A DNA stretch of 64,000 nt from the human T2T-CHM13v2.0 reference genome, Homo sapiens: assembly GCF_009914755.1 (NCBI RefSeq), contig NC_060928.1; one strand, written 5' to 3'. The notes beneath the pieces were generated by a model that saw only the letters and a program-made list of their open reading frames with translations, searched no databases and was not told the origin of the DNA. The translations under genes were made by a program, and so were the position numbers. The first letter of the stretch is position 1; every line of letters starts with the position of its first letter. Shown here piece after piece: positions 1-13,666 of this stretch.

Positions 1-528
1 TCAGGAGCTCAGTAGTCTTAGGCAGTAGGCAGTCACAGTGATGGCAGCTGCCACTTCCCTAGGAAGCTCAGTTGTCTTAGGCAGCAGGAAGCCACAATGA
101 TGATGGCCACCTTTCCCTCTGGGAACTTGGTTATCTTAGGCAGACTCCAGCTGAGCGGCCACTGAGAATCTGCACAGCTCTGTGCTTGGGGCCCAAGGCC
201 TTGGTGGCATGACCTCATGAGGGGGATCTCCTGATCTGTGGGTTGCACAGATCCATGGAAAAAGCATGGTTTCCCCGGCAGGGTAGCACAATCACTCACT
301 GCCTCCCTTGGCTGGGGGTAGTAGCTCCCCTCTCCCCCGTGTGGCTCCCAAGTGAGCCATTGCTCCACCCTGCTTTTCCTCATTCTCTGTGGATTGCACC
401 AACCGCCTAGTCAATCCTATTGAGAGAAATTGGATACTTCAGTTGCCAGTGCAGGATTTACTTACCATTTTCATTATCGGTGAGACTCTCCAACCACTGC
501 TGTTTCTAGTCAGTTATCTTGGCCTTGC
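1..528 (-). mobile_element. LINE-1 5' UTR (older L1PA/L1P-type), element continues off the left edge
   Basis: The reverse complement of ~495-524 reads GGCCAAGATAACTGACTAGAAACAGCAG, similar to the L1 5' start at 27067 (GGCCAAGATGGCTGACTAAAAACAG). Downstream 5'UTR motifs are shared (GCTACCC...GGGAAAC...TGCTTTTT). Confidence 0.85.
5..145. repeat. 59-bp tandem repeat (>=2.5 copies) inside the L1 5' UTR
   Basis: TCTTAGGCAG recurs at 16, 75 and 134 (period 59) with similar flanks. Confidence 0.8.
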
Positions 529-2003
529 TGATTTTCTTCTTAATTATGTAATGATAACTTTATATCCAAACGATTGCTTTATTGAGTTGAAATTAGCTTC
601 TATTTATTCATTTACTAAATAAAATAGATCATTGTGCTGGGTTTGAGGAATAAATAAAAGCAGAAGCAGGTCTTTCACTTCTGTGACCTAACTGTATGGT
701 GGAAAAGAAAGACTTAATAAACAGTTTATATTTACAGATATTATATTAGAGGAGTGATTCCTACCCAGGGCTGTGCAACAGAAATATATGAAAGTTTATT
801 TCATCAATGTTTCTTAAAACATACATGATTGACTGCGTGACTCTCATGGATATGAGTTTTAAAAGATTTTACTTTGAGTCTGACATACTCATCTCCTAGT
901 CATATAAAAATGATTCTGGCATTAAAAGGATGGAAATTTTAACTCAAGCTGGGAGACAACATTTGTTCTGGGACATCTTTTATTCTGAGTCTTGAGAATA
1001 ATGTAGGAATTCACTAGATTGAGAAAACTGAAGGAACATTAGAGTCCAAGAAACATAGATGAAAAGGCAGATAGGCACATATAAACAAAAGAAAGACTGT
1101 TAATGTTTAAGTGCAGCGTGGCATGACAATGACTTCTGGAAACCCATGGCAAAAACAAGCAAACACCAACAACATAAAAAAACAGATCTGTGTTGACCAA
1201 TCACAAAATAAAGTGTCCTTAAAAGTGAACATGTCAACAGAAATTTGAATAAAAGTAAATGACTGTGTCTATGTAAGAGCAACTTTTATTTTCTGGCAAA
1301 GAAAGAAGCAGTGCATATGGTAGTGTGCAGGAATAATAGCATGGGAGCAGTTTTCACCCACTGAAAAAATTTGTTTTAACATGTTTGTTCTCTAGGCAAT
1401 ATCCTCATGAACACATGTCATAGATGAAACTCCCTGACATTTCTTGATTAGTATTTTCTTAGTTTTGAATAATTAAAAATTAAAAGTAGGTATGATTAAG
1501 TTTATAAGACAAAAGTTATATTTACATGTCACACATTGTGCTAAGCATTTTAAAAACACTGCTTCATTTAAAAACATTGCACATTTTTACAACTATAAAA
1601 TTTATTAGCTTCATTTTATTGAGAAAAGCTAAGATTCTGAAAAGTTGAACGGCTTATCTAATATACTTTGTACCTTCAAATCCAGACCAACTTCTAAGTC
1701 TGGCTTCCAATGGACCTGCTATACAGTCTTCTTGTACGATTTGGAAACACCTTTTTTTCAGAAATACTTAGCCTATAAGGAGGAGTATGGTAGAAAACAC
1801 TTCTGAATGCCACAGAACAACGCACCATCTCTGTACTTTTGCTCTGTATACATGACAGAAGAAAAACTGTCAAGCAGTAAACTCTTCACCTGCAGGCAAG
1901 CATTACTTTCAAGTGTCTCCTTGAGAATATGAAAGATAATTGATAACTGCCATGAATATATTAGTCAAAATTTGAGTGCATTTTGTTTCAAATTGAACTC
2001 TAA

Positions 2004-3047
<1,044 letters not shown>

Positions 3048-3082
3048 CAGAAAGGAATTCTTAAATAAAATTCAAGGAGAGG

Positions 3083-3543
3083 TGTTATAATTTGGATATG
3101 ATCTGCTTGTCCCTGTCAAAACTCAGGTTGAAATTTTGTTCCCGATGTGGTGGTGTTGGGAGGTGGGGTCTCGTGGGAGGTATTTTGCTTATGGATCAAA
3201 TCTGCTATGAATAACTTGGTGCTGTTTACATGATAATGAGTTGAGTTCTTGTTGTAGTGAGACTGGATTATTTATCATAGGAATGGACTAGTTCCCATGA
3301 GAGTGAGTTGTTATAAAGCCAGAACACCTCTCAGGTTTTCCCCTCTTCACACATATCTGCTTCCCTTTTGACCTTCTCTGCCATGTTGTGATGTGGTACA
3401 AAGGCCCTCACTGGAAGCAAGGGGCATGCCCTTGAACTTCTCAGCCTGCAAAACCATGACCTAACATAAAACTTTTATTTTCCTTTTTAAATAAATGACC
3501 CAGTCTCAGGTATTTTTATAGCAACCAAAAATGGACTAAGACA
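3083..3543 (+). mobile_element. MaLR solo LTR, MST family (MSTB-like)
   Basis: Starts TGTTATAATTTGGATATG, contains GTGTTGGGAGGTGGGG, and ends CCCAGTCTCAGGTATTTTTTATAGCAACCAAAAATGGACTAAGACA. Confidence 0.85.
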
Positions 3544-4147
3544 GTAGAGATGAGCTCATGAATGTTTATTGGTCCCTCTTCCCTAGGTCAGAAAACAGGA
3601 TTGATATCCTCCTTCTTCATGATTTACAAGGTCAAGTTATTGGCTTTTATGAATATGTAAATCCCTCTGTTCTGTGTAGGCTCACATATCAGCTACATTA
3701 TTCTCTCATTCTTCTTAGATCTATAATTTACTGACTCCCTGTCAGTCTTTCCCATTAAGTGAAAGGTTTAGCATGGCTTTCCTCTTCATCCCAAATTTGA
3801 CTTATCAAGATGGCTTCAAAATTTATGGTATAAACTTATATTTTAACTTTTCATTGTCTTTATCTCTTGCATTCCAATCTTGTAATCTGGACTCACAGCT
3901 CCCAATTCCCAGCCTCATACTCCAATTTTCCAACTTTATTATTCCTTTGTAAGTGTAACAATACCTTTATCATTAAACCAGTTGAAATTATTAGGTTCTT
4001 CTTAATTGGTTTGATAACTTCTTCATCTTTGGAACATTCTTTTCCATCAGCTTCTATGACACCATACTATTGTGGATTTTTTTTTCTTTCACCTTTCTGA
4101 TAGCTCATTGTTTCATTCCCTTCATGAGCATATGTTCCCCACTATTC

Positions 4148-4520
4148 TTTTTTAAAAAGATTTATTGGGGCATAATTGATAGATAAAAATTGCAAACATT
4201 AAAGTAGATATTTTAATCAGTTTGAACATATGCATACACCTATGATGCCATCACCACAGCCAAGGTACTAAACATACCCATCACCTTCAAAAATAAATTT
4301 TCTTGTGTCATTTTGCATGTAGTTTTGTTTGTTTTGGTAAGAACATTTAACATGAATTCTATCCTCTTAAAAATGTTTAAAGTGCACAATATTGTATTAT
4401 TAACTATAGATACTATGTTGTACAATGGATCTGTAGAACTTATTCGTCTTGTATGGCAAAAACTTTATACCCATTGAAGGAAAATTCCTCATTCTTCTCT
4501 TCTTACAGCCACTGGCAACA
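4148..4520 (-). mobile_element. L1MA/MB 3' end fragment
   Basis: TTTATTGGG..ATAATTGA, AACATTTAACATG, TTAACTATAG..ACTATGTTGTACAAT..ATCT..AGAACTTATTC and GCCACTGGCAAC motifs of L1M 3'UTR. Confidence 0.75.
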
Positions 4521-5829
4521 GTGTTTCTTAGATTTTTATCCTCAACCTCTTCTTACTTTAAATACTTTGTATGAGTAATGTCATCTGTATCCATTACATT
4601 GCAGTGTCATCTGTCCACTTACCCAGAAGACTCCAGCTCAGGTTCATCTCCTGGAGACTTTGGAGATGTGTATATCCAACCACAACTAGATATTTTATTT
4701 TAAAGAAGTACTTCCAGGCAGAAAAACTGTGCAGAGACCATAGGCAACTGTGAATTTAGAGGACATAAGACTGTTTCATTTTGAGTTAAACTGAAGAAAG
4801 GCAAAAAGATAAATTTTGAGAGACAGGACAGATATTATTCGTGGAGGTCCTTATAAGACGTATTAAAAGATGTGATTTAATCTGGAGTACAACACAGAGT
4901 GATTGAAGGTTACCAATCATAGAAATGTGATTAGAGAGATTACTCTGAAAGTGGGATAGAAATTGATTGAAGAAAAGGCAGTGGAGAATGACCAGTTGGG
5001 AATTTTTTTAACCTAAGTAAGAGTTTGTGGAAGTCTGAAATAAAATAATTAGAGAGAAAAAAGAAGTCTCAAATAGAGAGAAATGTTCATTAAATAAATG
5101 TATTAAAGAATGTTTTATGCAGTTAGTGTAGTGATTCAGTTGATGTGAAGTGAACTTCTTTCACATTGAAATAAATTTAGTAGAGTTCCTGAAAATCATA
5201 TTTGGGAATATGATCAGAGAAATATATTAAGTGTATGTACATATTTGAAAAATATACAATAAAATATGTCAAACTGATGAATTTTGGAAGTTTTACTTGA
5301 TCCAATACAATTGAGTGATCAATAAAACTTAAAAAGCAAACAAGCAAGTAAAATATAAAGAGTAAGAACAATAATGAAAACATGGATTATATATTTGTGC
5401 ATTGATAAAGAGAAAAACTAAAGCAAGTTAGATTGTTTTCTACTGACTAAATCAATTGAAGTTGATTAAATGTCTCTATGTTTATGTTCACATCTGTTAG
5501 ACCAAACCTATATGAATAAAAATATCAATTTGATCATTATTTGATATCACTGAGGAAAAGAATAAGTTATGGCTATTTTTACTGCCCATCAAATATGTTG
5601 GCATCAGGTAGATAGCATTTAGAATATGATCTGCCTATGATTGAGCGAAATATTTATGTTTTGACTTATATTTAAGATTTTCAATGTTACCATATTTTCT
5701 TTGGCTACCAAAGATATTAATGCTATTTCTGTTGAGTTTAGAAAATTGTAACAAAAAAATTAAAATGCTATTTTTCCTGACCTAGCACATGAGTTTAGGT
5801 TGCAACATAAATCAAAGTAAAGAAATAAT

Positions 5830-6780
5830 GATTATTTATTCCTTAAATATTTTGCTGAGTGTCTACTCCTTGTCAACACCCCCATAGTTGCTGTGGCTAT
5901 AGTAGGTATGGGAAAAGTCCCTGCTCTCAGTAAAAAAGTGAGAACATAAACTAAATCATTATATAAATATGATGATTTCAGAAAATGTTATGTGTCTTAA
6001 AGAAAATAAAATTGTAATTGCTTGAAATAATTAGATATGTAAGTACATGAAAGAAGGTCAAGGTGGTTGAGAATTATGAGTAAGAAAGTGAGTGGTATGG
6101 ATATCAGAGTGAAAGGTGGAAAGGCAGGCTCAGTTCACATAGGACTTTTTATGCAACATATAGAACTTAGATTCATTCTAAATGTGAAATGTTTGGAGGG
6201 TTATATGGAGTGGAGTAATATGATAAAATTTATAGTTTTAAGTGACCTTTCTGGCTCCTGTCTAGAAAATGGTTTGAAAAGGATGTAGGTCATGGTGGTC
6301 GGTTGGTGAGAATGAAATGAATTAGAAGGCTTGTGCAGAAGTCTAGTGAGAGATAACAGTGGTTTGGACCAGGATTGTAGAGGAAAGAAAGTAAGAGCTT
6401 GAAGGGTTTAGGATATATTTTGGAGGTAGTCTCACAGGCTGGCAAGTAAATTGGGTCGGAGATGACGGAAAGAGGGGATTCAGTGATCCACCATGAGCAA
6501 ATGGATAAATACTAGTATCACTTACTGACACAAGGAAGATAGAGGTTATGTTTAAGAGGGGGACAAGGGGGTAGGGAGGATCAAAACTTATGTCTTTAAC
6601 ATGGTAAGTTTGAGGCGTGGTAATTTTAAGATATCTGTTAATCATCCAAATAGAGATGCTGCATAGGTAGTTGGATATACAAGTCTGGAGGTTTGAAGTA
6701 CTGAACTGAGCTGGGCATAGAGATTGGAATAATCGGCACATAGATGACCATTAGTGTCCACATGAGAGAACTAGAGAGAA
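5830..6780 (-). mobile_element. L2 LINE fragment
   Basis: Begins with the antisense L2 tail (TTATTTATTCCTTAAATATTTTGCTGAG). Contains GGATATATTTTGGAGGTAG and GTAGTTGGATATACAAGTCTGGAG core motifs. Confidence 0.75.
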
Positions 6781-6904
6781 GGTAAGGTAACCCCAAAGAA
6801 GTCACAGGCTTTAGTCAGATAGGAAGCCAAGTACTCAGAATGTTTAGAGAATTAATAACCTAGGGGAATTTGCTAAATAAAAAGAGAGTAGGTGTTTAAG
6901 TGGA

Positions 6905-7205
6905 AGCGTTTGGGGAAAGGCTGGGAAAGGAGGAGGGTGGCAGAGGATTACAGAATGGTGTAGAAGAAAAGAGGGTGAAGAAAGGAGGAGGAGAAAGGGA
7001 GAGAAGCACAAAGAAGGCAACAGATGGGTGAGCCAAAGGAGGAAGGCTGATCAAGGGGCTGAGGGGGAAGAAAGGCAGAGGAAAGGAGGTGGGACTGGCA
7101 ATGAATTGGCTAAGGGGAAGATGTGGGGCACCTTGAGGGGAGGGGAAGAGGGGGAAGAGGAGGGTGGGGAGCAGAGAGAGAAGTCAAGGCAGGTGAAAGA
7201 GAAGT
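6905..7205 (+). repeat. GA-rich purine low-complexity tract
   Basis: About 300 bp almost devoid of pyrimidines on the + strand, with several G-runs. Confidence 0.8.
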
Positions 7206-7544
7206 TTCCATAGCATTAGTTTGGAATACACAGGATTTTAAAATTCATTTGTTTTGACTTTGTTTTTACCATCTTGAGGATTTTTCTTCTCAATTTCCTG
7301 AAAGGCAATTTCAATCAGGGATGTTTTTGTTTAAAATTCAGATTAAGCTATTCTGAAGGTAATAATATTTTATATTAAATAACACTGTCATATAAATTTT
7401 CTTCTCTATTCTGAAGCATCCTATGGCATAAGCAGGGACATCATTTTATGGAATACAGTGATAATATTCAAACTTGGGTTAAGTGATTTATGGAGCTGCC
7501 AACATATTTATTCTACTGTACTTAGAGATCACTGTCATAAAGAG

Positions 7545-8050
7545 TATACTGGTTTCTGGTGATTGCTGTAATAAATTACCACAAATTGTACAGCTTAAAC
7601 CATCATAAACTTATTCTCTTACAGTTCTGAAGGTCACTGAATTTCTGAACTCAAGGTGTCACCAGCACCACATTCCCTCTGGAAGCTCTGGGAGAGAATT
7701 CATTTGTCTGCTTTTTCCAGTTTCTACAGGCTCCCTGCATTCCTTGGATTGTAGCCTCTCCTCAGATCTGCAAAGCCAGTGGCAAAGATTTTTCAGTCTC
7801 TGACTCTGCTTCCTTTGGCTTCAATTATATAGCCTCCTTCTCTTTTGTCTGTAGTCAAATCTCTTTCTATCTACCTTTATAAAGATACTTGTAATGCCAT
7901 TTATGGCCCATCTGGATAATCCAGGATAATTTCCCATTTCAAGATCCTTAACTTAATTACATCTACAAATCTCTTTAGTTAAATAAAGTCACATTCACCG
8001 TTTTCAGGGATTAGGATCTGGTTACTTTGGGGGCCACTATTCAGCCTAAA
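7545..8050 (-). mobile_element. MaLR solo LTR, MLT1 family (MLT1C/D-like)
   Basis: TTGCTGTAATAAATTACCACAAA...TTATTCTCTTACAGTTCTG; GGATAATCCAGGATAAT; ATCCTTAACTTAATTACATCT; ends GGGGCCACTATTCAGCCT. Confidence 0.85.
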
Positions 8051-10834
8051 ATATATAGTAATACCACAATATTAGCATTAATTTTTCCCTTGGGTATTTG
8101 AGAGATAACCCTTGTTTTATTTTATAATACTTTTATATGATCCATCTCACACTGTATATTTTTGGTGATGTGGCCCTGGGATAAGCAGGAAATATAGTTG
8201 CATTGGGAAAATGGTTCTCCAGCAAGGTTTCTTTCCATGTTGCTATTCTCACTTTTATATCTTCCCACCAGAGATATGTACAATATGGTGAGCTTGTTTT
8301 TCTCAGCTAAGCAGATGAGATGGAGAGATGGCTGTCCTAGGAACTGCAGTATCCGTCCTGGAATGAGAGACAAAGAGGACTCTCTTCAGTCTTCTCTCTT
8401 GTCCGAGGAAGACATATTTTCTCCTTTTTGGCTTTAGCTGAGCGAACGGTCTACAGTAAGACACAAAGTATCAGTATTTATGGTAGAGATGCCTGGAGGG
8501 AGGATCCTCTGATTATTCTACATGGCACCAAACTTTCTGATCTTTGAAAAATCTAAAGCACTTTGTTCAGGAGGCATAGTTTTAACCCTGGTGGCCTAAA
8601 CCACAAATTCCAACTACTTAATTACATTCTGCCTAGAGTGTCCTTCCAAGTATTCCAGAACACAGTGGTGGTTTTCATTTCCTATCTTAAGCTGCTCTGT
8701 AGTTGTTCTATTGTTATTATTTAAAATTCCTGAGAACAGACAGATGCTCGTTTTGAAACAGGAATATACATTTCCTATTGAATGAGCTAATACTCTAAAA
8801 TCTGGTTGCCATATTCCATCTCTAAAGTTGAATAATAAAATGCATTAGAGGAAACATAATAAAAGGAAACAGTGAAAGAAAATATTATACAAGACAAGGC
8901 ATCTGTCCTGGTTAAAACCCATACCAGTTAATGCAGAGAATAGGCCACTTGGTGACTTTGGGTCTGGCTAATGTTCTCATCTGGAACAAAAACAATAAGA
9001 CACTTGTACTGGTGCCGCAAATGGACAGGCTTATTATTTTTCTAATAAAATGAGTTAAATTTGTTTGAAGGGAGGATCACAGAAGGATGAGAAGTTTCCT
9101 TACAGCAATAGCATTCCATTTAAAGTAACTCTGTTGTATATTATAGCTCCTCATTCTTCCCATCTTTAGCTGTTTCAAATCATCTTACACAGCATTCACA
9201 TTTTTAACATTATAATTCACTCATTGTTAGAGTCATTTAACCATTACAAAATAAATTTAAAAAAACAGAATCAGAAAATTTTGAGAGCGGGAGGGAGTCT
9301 AGCAATGGTTTATGATTCAAAACCTCTCGCCTTTCTCTTCTGTTTCAGTGGAGGAGCTCTCTCTTCTTTGAAGACAGATCCTTTTAACTGTGCTTTGATA
9401 CTCGACCCTCCACCATGGTCACTACAACCTACAAATTGGCTTCCTCTGGTATGACTTAAGCTCCTTCTATCTACTTGTCTTTTACTCTTGATATATAAAC
9501 ATGCTAAGTTTCTTCCATGTACAACCATAGCAATATTTTAAAAAGAGATGAGTGTTCTTTTTTGCATTTCCTGAGGAGGACTTTCCCCTCATCCTGCCAG
9601 AGTCAACTGTTTGACTTTGGGAGAATTGGAATTGTTGACTCTGGACCTGATTGAGTCAGAGGCCATCACTGTTCGGCTTTTGACTTCAGAATAAAATATT
9701 TGAGTCTACAGCATGACCAAAAGTTTTGAAAGCCAGGCTTGGCTGGGAGGGAAAAAAAAACCCTAAAACCATTTACCTCCCACTGATGTATTAAGTATTT
9801 GCCTTACCACCCTACGTTGTAGATATTTTCTAATTACCAGGGATGAAAAGTCAAGGGATGTCATGAAGTAGGTGTGTCATAAGGGGAGGTGGGAAATCTT
9901 TCCAGTCCTATTACCAGGTCAGGGGTGGACGAAGTTTATGGTGAGACCTGCACATCCTGGTTGCCCCTCTGTAGGCCACAGTTCCAAACATGACCCATGT
10001 TACTAAGTAGGAAAAAAATGCACAGAAAAGGGCAAGGTTGATATCACTTCCTGTTTAGAATCTGGGAGGAGATGCATATGCAGGTTCCATATGCAGGTTC
10101 CTGCCATATCAAAGACCAGCCCAGGCTCTCTCTATTGGTAATCAGCATGTTAGTAGCCAGCAGGAGGCCAGAGGGATGCTTTTGCCCAACTGCATGAGGG
10201 ATATGTTTTCTCCCAGCCTAAATGCTATCTTCAGAAGAATGAAGGGAAGTAGAAAACAGTGTTGATGGGAAACAACTTTCTTTATCCATAAGACTACTTT
10301 ATATAAAAAGAAACTGTTTAGGTTACCTAAGACTGAGGTTAATGTGGCAAGTTTCAGTTAAACTTTTGCCTCCATTAACCCATGGGGTGAGACACTGGGT
10401 ATTTATCAAATATTTTTGGATATTAAATATCTGTGGAATACCCGTCTTGTATTTGGAGTGCTTGTCACATTTCTAGCACAGCCTAAGGAAGCCAGAGTTG
10501 ATTCTGCCAGGTTTCCTTGTTACTGAGGTGCAGATTCTTCTCAGATGTGCTCAAACACAAAAGTGAGCAAAGTGCCACAAACACAGCAGCAGTAGCATCT
10601 GGTTTTTTGGAGGCAGTTGTGACAGAGCTTCTGACATCAGGCCCTGCTTTTGTTGGCATGAACTGTGTGTGGGTCTCTAACATCAGTGCAGACTTCATTA
10701 TCATTACTAATGCTGAGTAGTCATGGCAGAGTGTTGTTGTTGAAGTAACCATATTTTAGGAGCCACCTAGAATGTTTTAAAAATTCCTTTTCCATTTAAG
10801 CTCATCTTAGGTAGCTAGGAACTATAGCTAGTAA

Positions 10835-11075
10835 GAGTCAAATGTATCCAATGCTTACTATGTACTATACACTGGTTTAAGCACATCACATGTATTATTT
10901 ACTGCAAATAATTAACATTGGCAATATTAATAAAATAGATACCATTATTACCTACATTTTACAGGTGAGGAAACTGAGGTATATGGAGATTCAGTAATTT
11001 GCCCAATATTAACCAGTAAGTGGTAGACCTGGGATTAAAACCCAGGCATTCCAGCTTCAAAGCTCATACGTTAAT
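10835..11075 (-). mobile_element. MIR SINE
   Basis: Core CATTTTACAGGTGAGGAAACTGAGG...AGTAATTTGCCCAA...CTGGGATTAAAACCCAGGCA. Confidence 0.85.
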
Positions 11076-11269
11076 ATTTCATACCTCCCCTTTTGTTGCC
11101 TGTTTTTATAGTGCATAAGTAAATCACAAACCCCATGAACATACATTGAGAATGCTTTCCACCTATCTCATTTCTGCATAAAAAACTATGCTATTTCCTA
11201 TCCTTCTTGCCATTGCTAGACATGTTGAAAGCACGGCTTACTTTTGCTTTCCCATTCCATCCCCTATCT

Positions 11270-12700
11270 TCCACTTTCCACTCCACTGATCTATGGCTTC
11301 CTTTCCTAATGTTCCCTGTAACTGCTTCTTGTCAAAGTCACCACAGGTGTTATCAATAGTCTCTTTTCTGGTCTTTATTCTGACTCTATCTCCTATGCAT
11401 TTGGTATGTGATTCCTTACTTCTTTCTTGATTCTCTTTAGCTGTGCAGTTTCTGCGATATTTTTGTGTCCTGCTTTTTACCCACAACTCTGTCCAGTGTT
11501 TCTTAGGGTCCTTTATTTATTCTATTTCCTCTGACACACCTTAGAGACCTTTTAAAATTCACAGTCTCATTTTCCTTTTACATTTTTTACTTTCCCTGGA
11601 TAAACCTATAAATATTCTAGATACAGAAACATTGATAAACCCCTAATTTATACCTTATTGTACAGATTTCTCCTAAGATCTAGAATCACATATCGTATTA
11701 TCTGCTGGAAATATGTTCCAAAGGTATCTCAAGTTCAAACTAATATTCCCCACATTAAGCTCATCTTCCCTTTTTTCTCCAAACTTCTCTTGCCCCTCCA
11801 TTTCTATTATTAGATAATACTGATTAATTTTGTTTTCCTCAAGTCACTTCTCCAGTTAGCCATGAAGTCCTAGATACACTCTGGCTTTCATGTCTCACGG
11901 CTATCCCATCCTTACCATCTCTACCAGCCCTGTTTTTATCCCTTTGTCCTGCTTCCTGCAATAGCCTTCCTAATTCATCTGCATGGGGTTTCCTTTCTAC
12001 GTTTCCTACATCATGCACAGTAAGCTTTCCAAAGCATAAAGGTAATTGTTTTACTCCTCGCTTAACATCTTTATGTGTCTCATTACTTTCAGGGTTCAGT
12101 GTGAGCTTCTCAGCCAGACCTGTGTGATCTGGCCTGTGCTTATCTAGATACTTTATTACCATACAACTCTGTGTCTACATACCACATTTCATCTAACTTA
12201 TTTATTTGCAGTTCCCCTAATACACATGCTATCTCATGCACCTGTTTGTGTTTACTATTAAATTCATCTAACACCATTGGCTTACTTTAACTGATCCATC
12301 AAAATTCATCTCAGATTTTACCTCTTCCCATGTCTTTTTTTGTGTTCTTCCTAGTGGTAACAGTGTTAACTCTGTCTTACTCACTAAACAGACTTTCAAA
12401 AGGCATTTGCTATATCTTTTATCTCAGGATATTCAGGACTTCCATGATGACTGGACTATTGTAGAAACTAAATATTATTTTACCAAATTAAATGACATCA
12501 GAGAGAGATATATATATTTATTTGAAAGTTGAGTAAACTAAGGTTCCGAGGGGTTAAGCAATTTGTTGAATGTTAAACTGCTAGTAATTAGCAGACGTGT
12601 AACAACTCTTCACTGTTCTTTAGTTTACATTCTCAGGACTTAATAAAAAGCATAAAATGTAGAGGAGACTCAATATATATTTGTTGAAAGGAGAAATGGA
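11270..12700 (+). mobile_element. L2 fragments, with a MIR piece at ~12525-12600
   Basis: CTTGTCAAAGTCACC, ATCTCAAGTTCAA and CTGCAATAGCCTTCCTAAT motifs. L2 tail CTCAATATATATTTGTTGAA at ~12669. Confidence 0.6.
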
Positions 12701-13084
12701 AAAAGAAATTAGAAAAGTCTCAATCTTTTTAAACAAAATGCTACAAAGAAGTGAATTTCAAAATAGTACAAAGGAGGAAAGCTATAATATATTATTTTAT
12801 AGCAAAAGTATCTTATTATGAAATGTAATAAATGATTTGAAGCAAATTTTTGAGTGTGGCATTTTGATTTTATAGGGAGCCAAATTGTATCTGTGTTTTT
12901 CATTCTTTAAATGTGCCATGTAGTTAATTATATTGAATAATATCAAATTAAAATTAAGATACAAATAACTTCCATGTGTAAAGGAAAGTAAACATCTCCC
13001 AGATTTATAGTAATATTTTGAATGTCTAAAATATTTTCTCATAAGCATGTCTTTTAAAATTAGTAAACCTATGGAGATTACTAT

Positions 13085-13666
13085 ATGACATAGACAGGAT
13101 TTGAAAACATGCCCTGATGATCTCCATCCTGGTGTTATGCCTCATGTAATTTCTTCCCTTTGAGTGAGGGAAGGGCCTATGATTTGTTTTTTTGTCAAAA
13201 GAATATGGCAAAGGTGATAGGATATCACTCCCATGTTTGTACTATGCTTTATAAGACTTCTTTTAGCAGACTAGAGCCAGAGTGTCTCCCTTGCTGGCTT
13301 TGAAAAACTAATATGCCATGTTATGAGAGGGCCTGTGAGAGCATCACCTGACAGGGAACCTTGGTGGTCTGGAAGCTGAGAGTAGCCCCAGTTTCTAGCC
13401 AGCAAGAAAATGGTGAAGTCAGTCGTACAACCACAAGGAGTTGATTTCTTCCAGTACTCATGTGAGCTTGGAATAGACCCTTAGCTTCAGAAAGGAATGT
13501 AGCCTGGCACTCACCTTAATTTTCTCATCCTTGTGAGTTTGAGCCAATGATACAGTAAAAGTGAGCCTGTACTTAATGATCCACAGTGACTTTAAGATAA
13601 TACGTGATGTTTTAAAACTTGCTAAGTTTGTGGCAATATGTTATGCATCAGTATAAAATGACTGCA
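13085..13666 (+). mobile_element. MaLR solo LTR, MLT1E/F-like
   Basis: TTCCCTTTGAGTG..GG, TGCTGGCTTTGAA, AGCCAGCAAGAAAATGG; ends GCTAAGTTTGTGGCAATATGTTATGCATCAGTATAAAATGACTGCA. Confidence 0.8.

Noticed and set aside
10075-10100. 13-bp tandem duplication CATATGCAGGTTC x2
   Set aside because: An ordinary slippage duplication with no further structure.
10483-10752. Overlapping ORFs on both strands in unique sequence
   Set aside because: Short, with no recognisable domain and no convincing paired splice sites.
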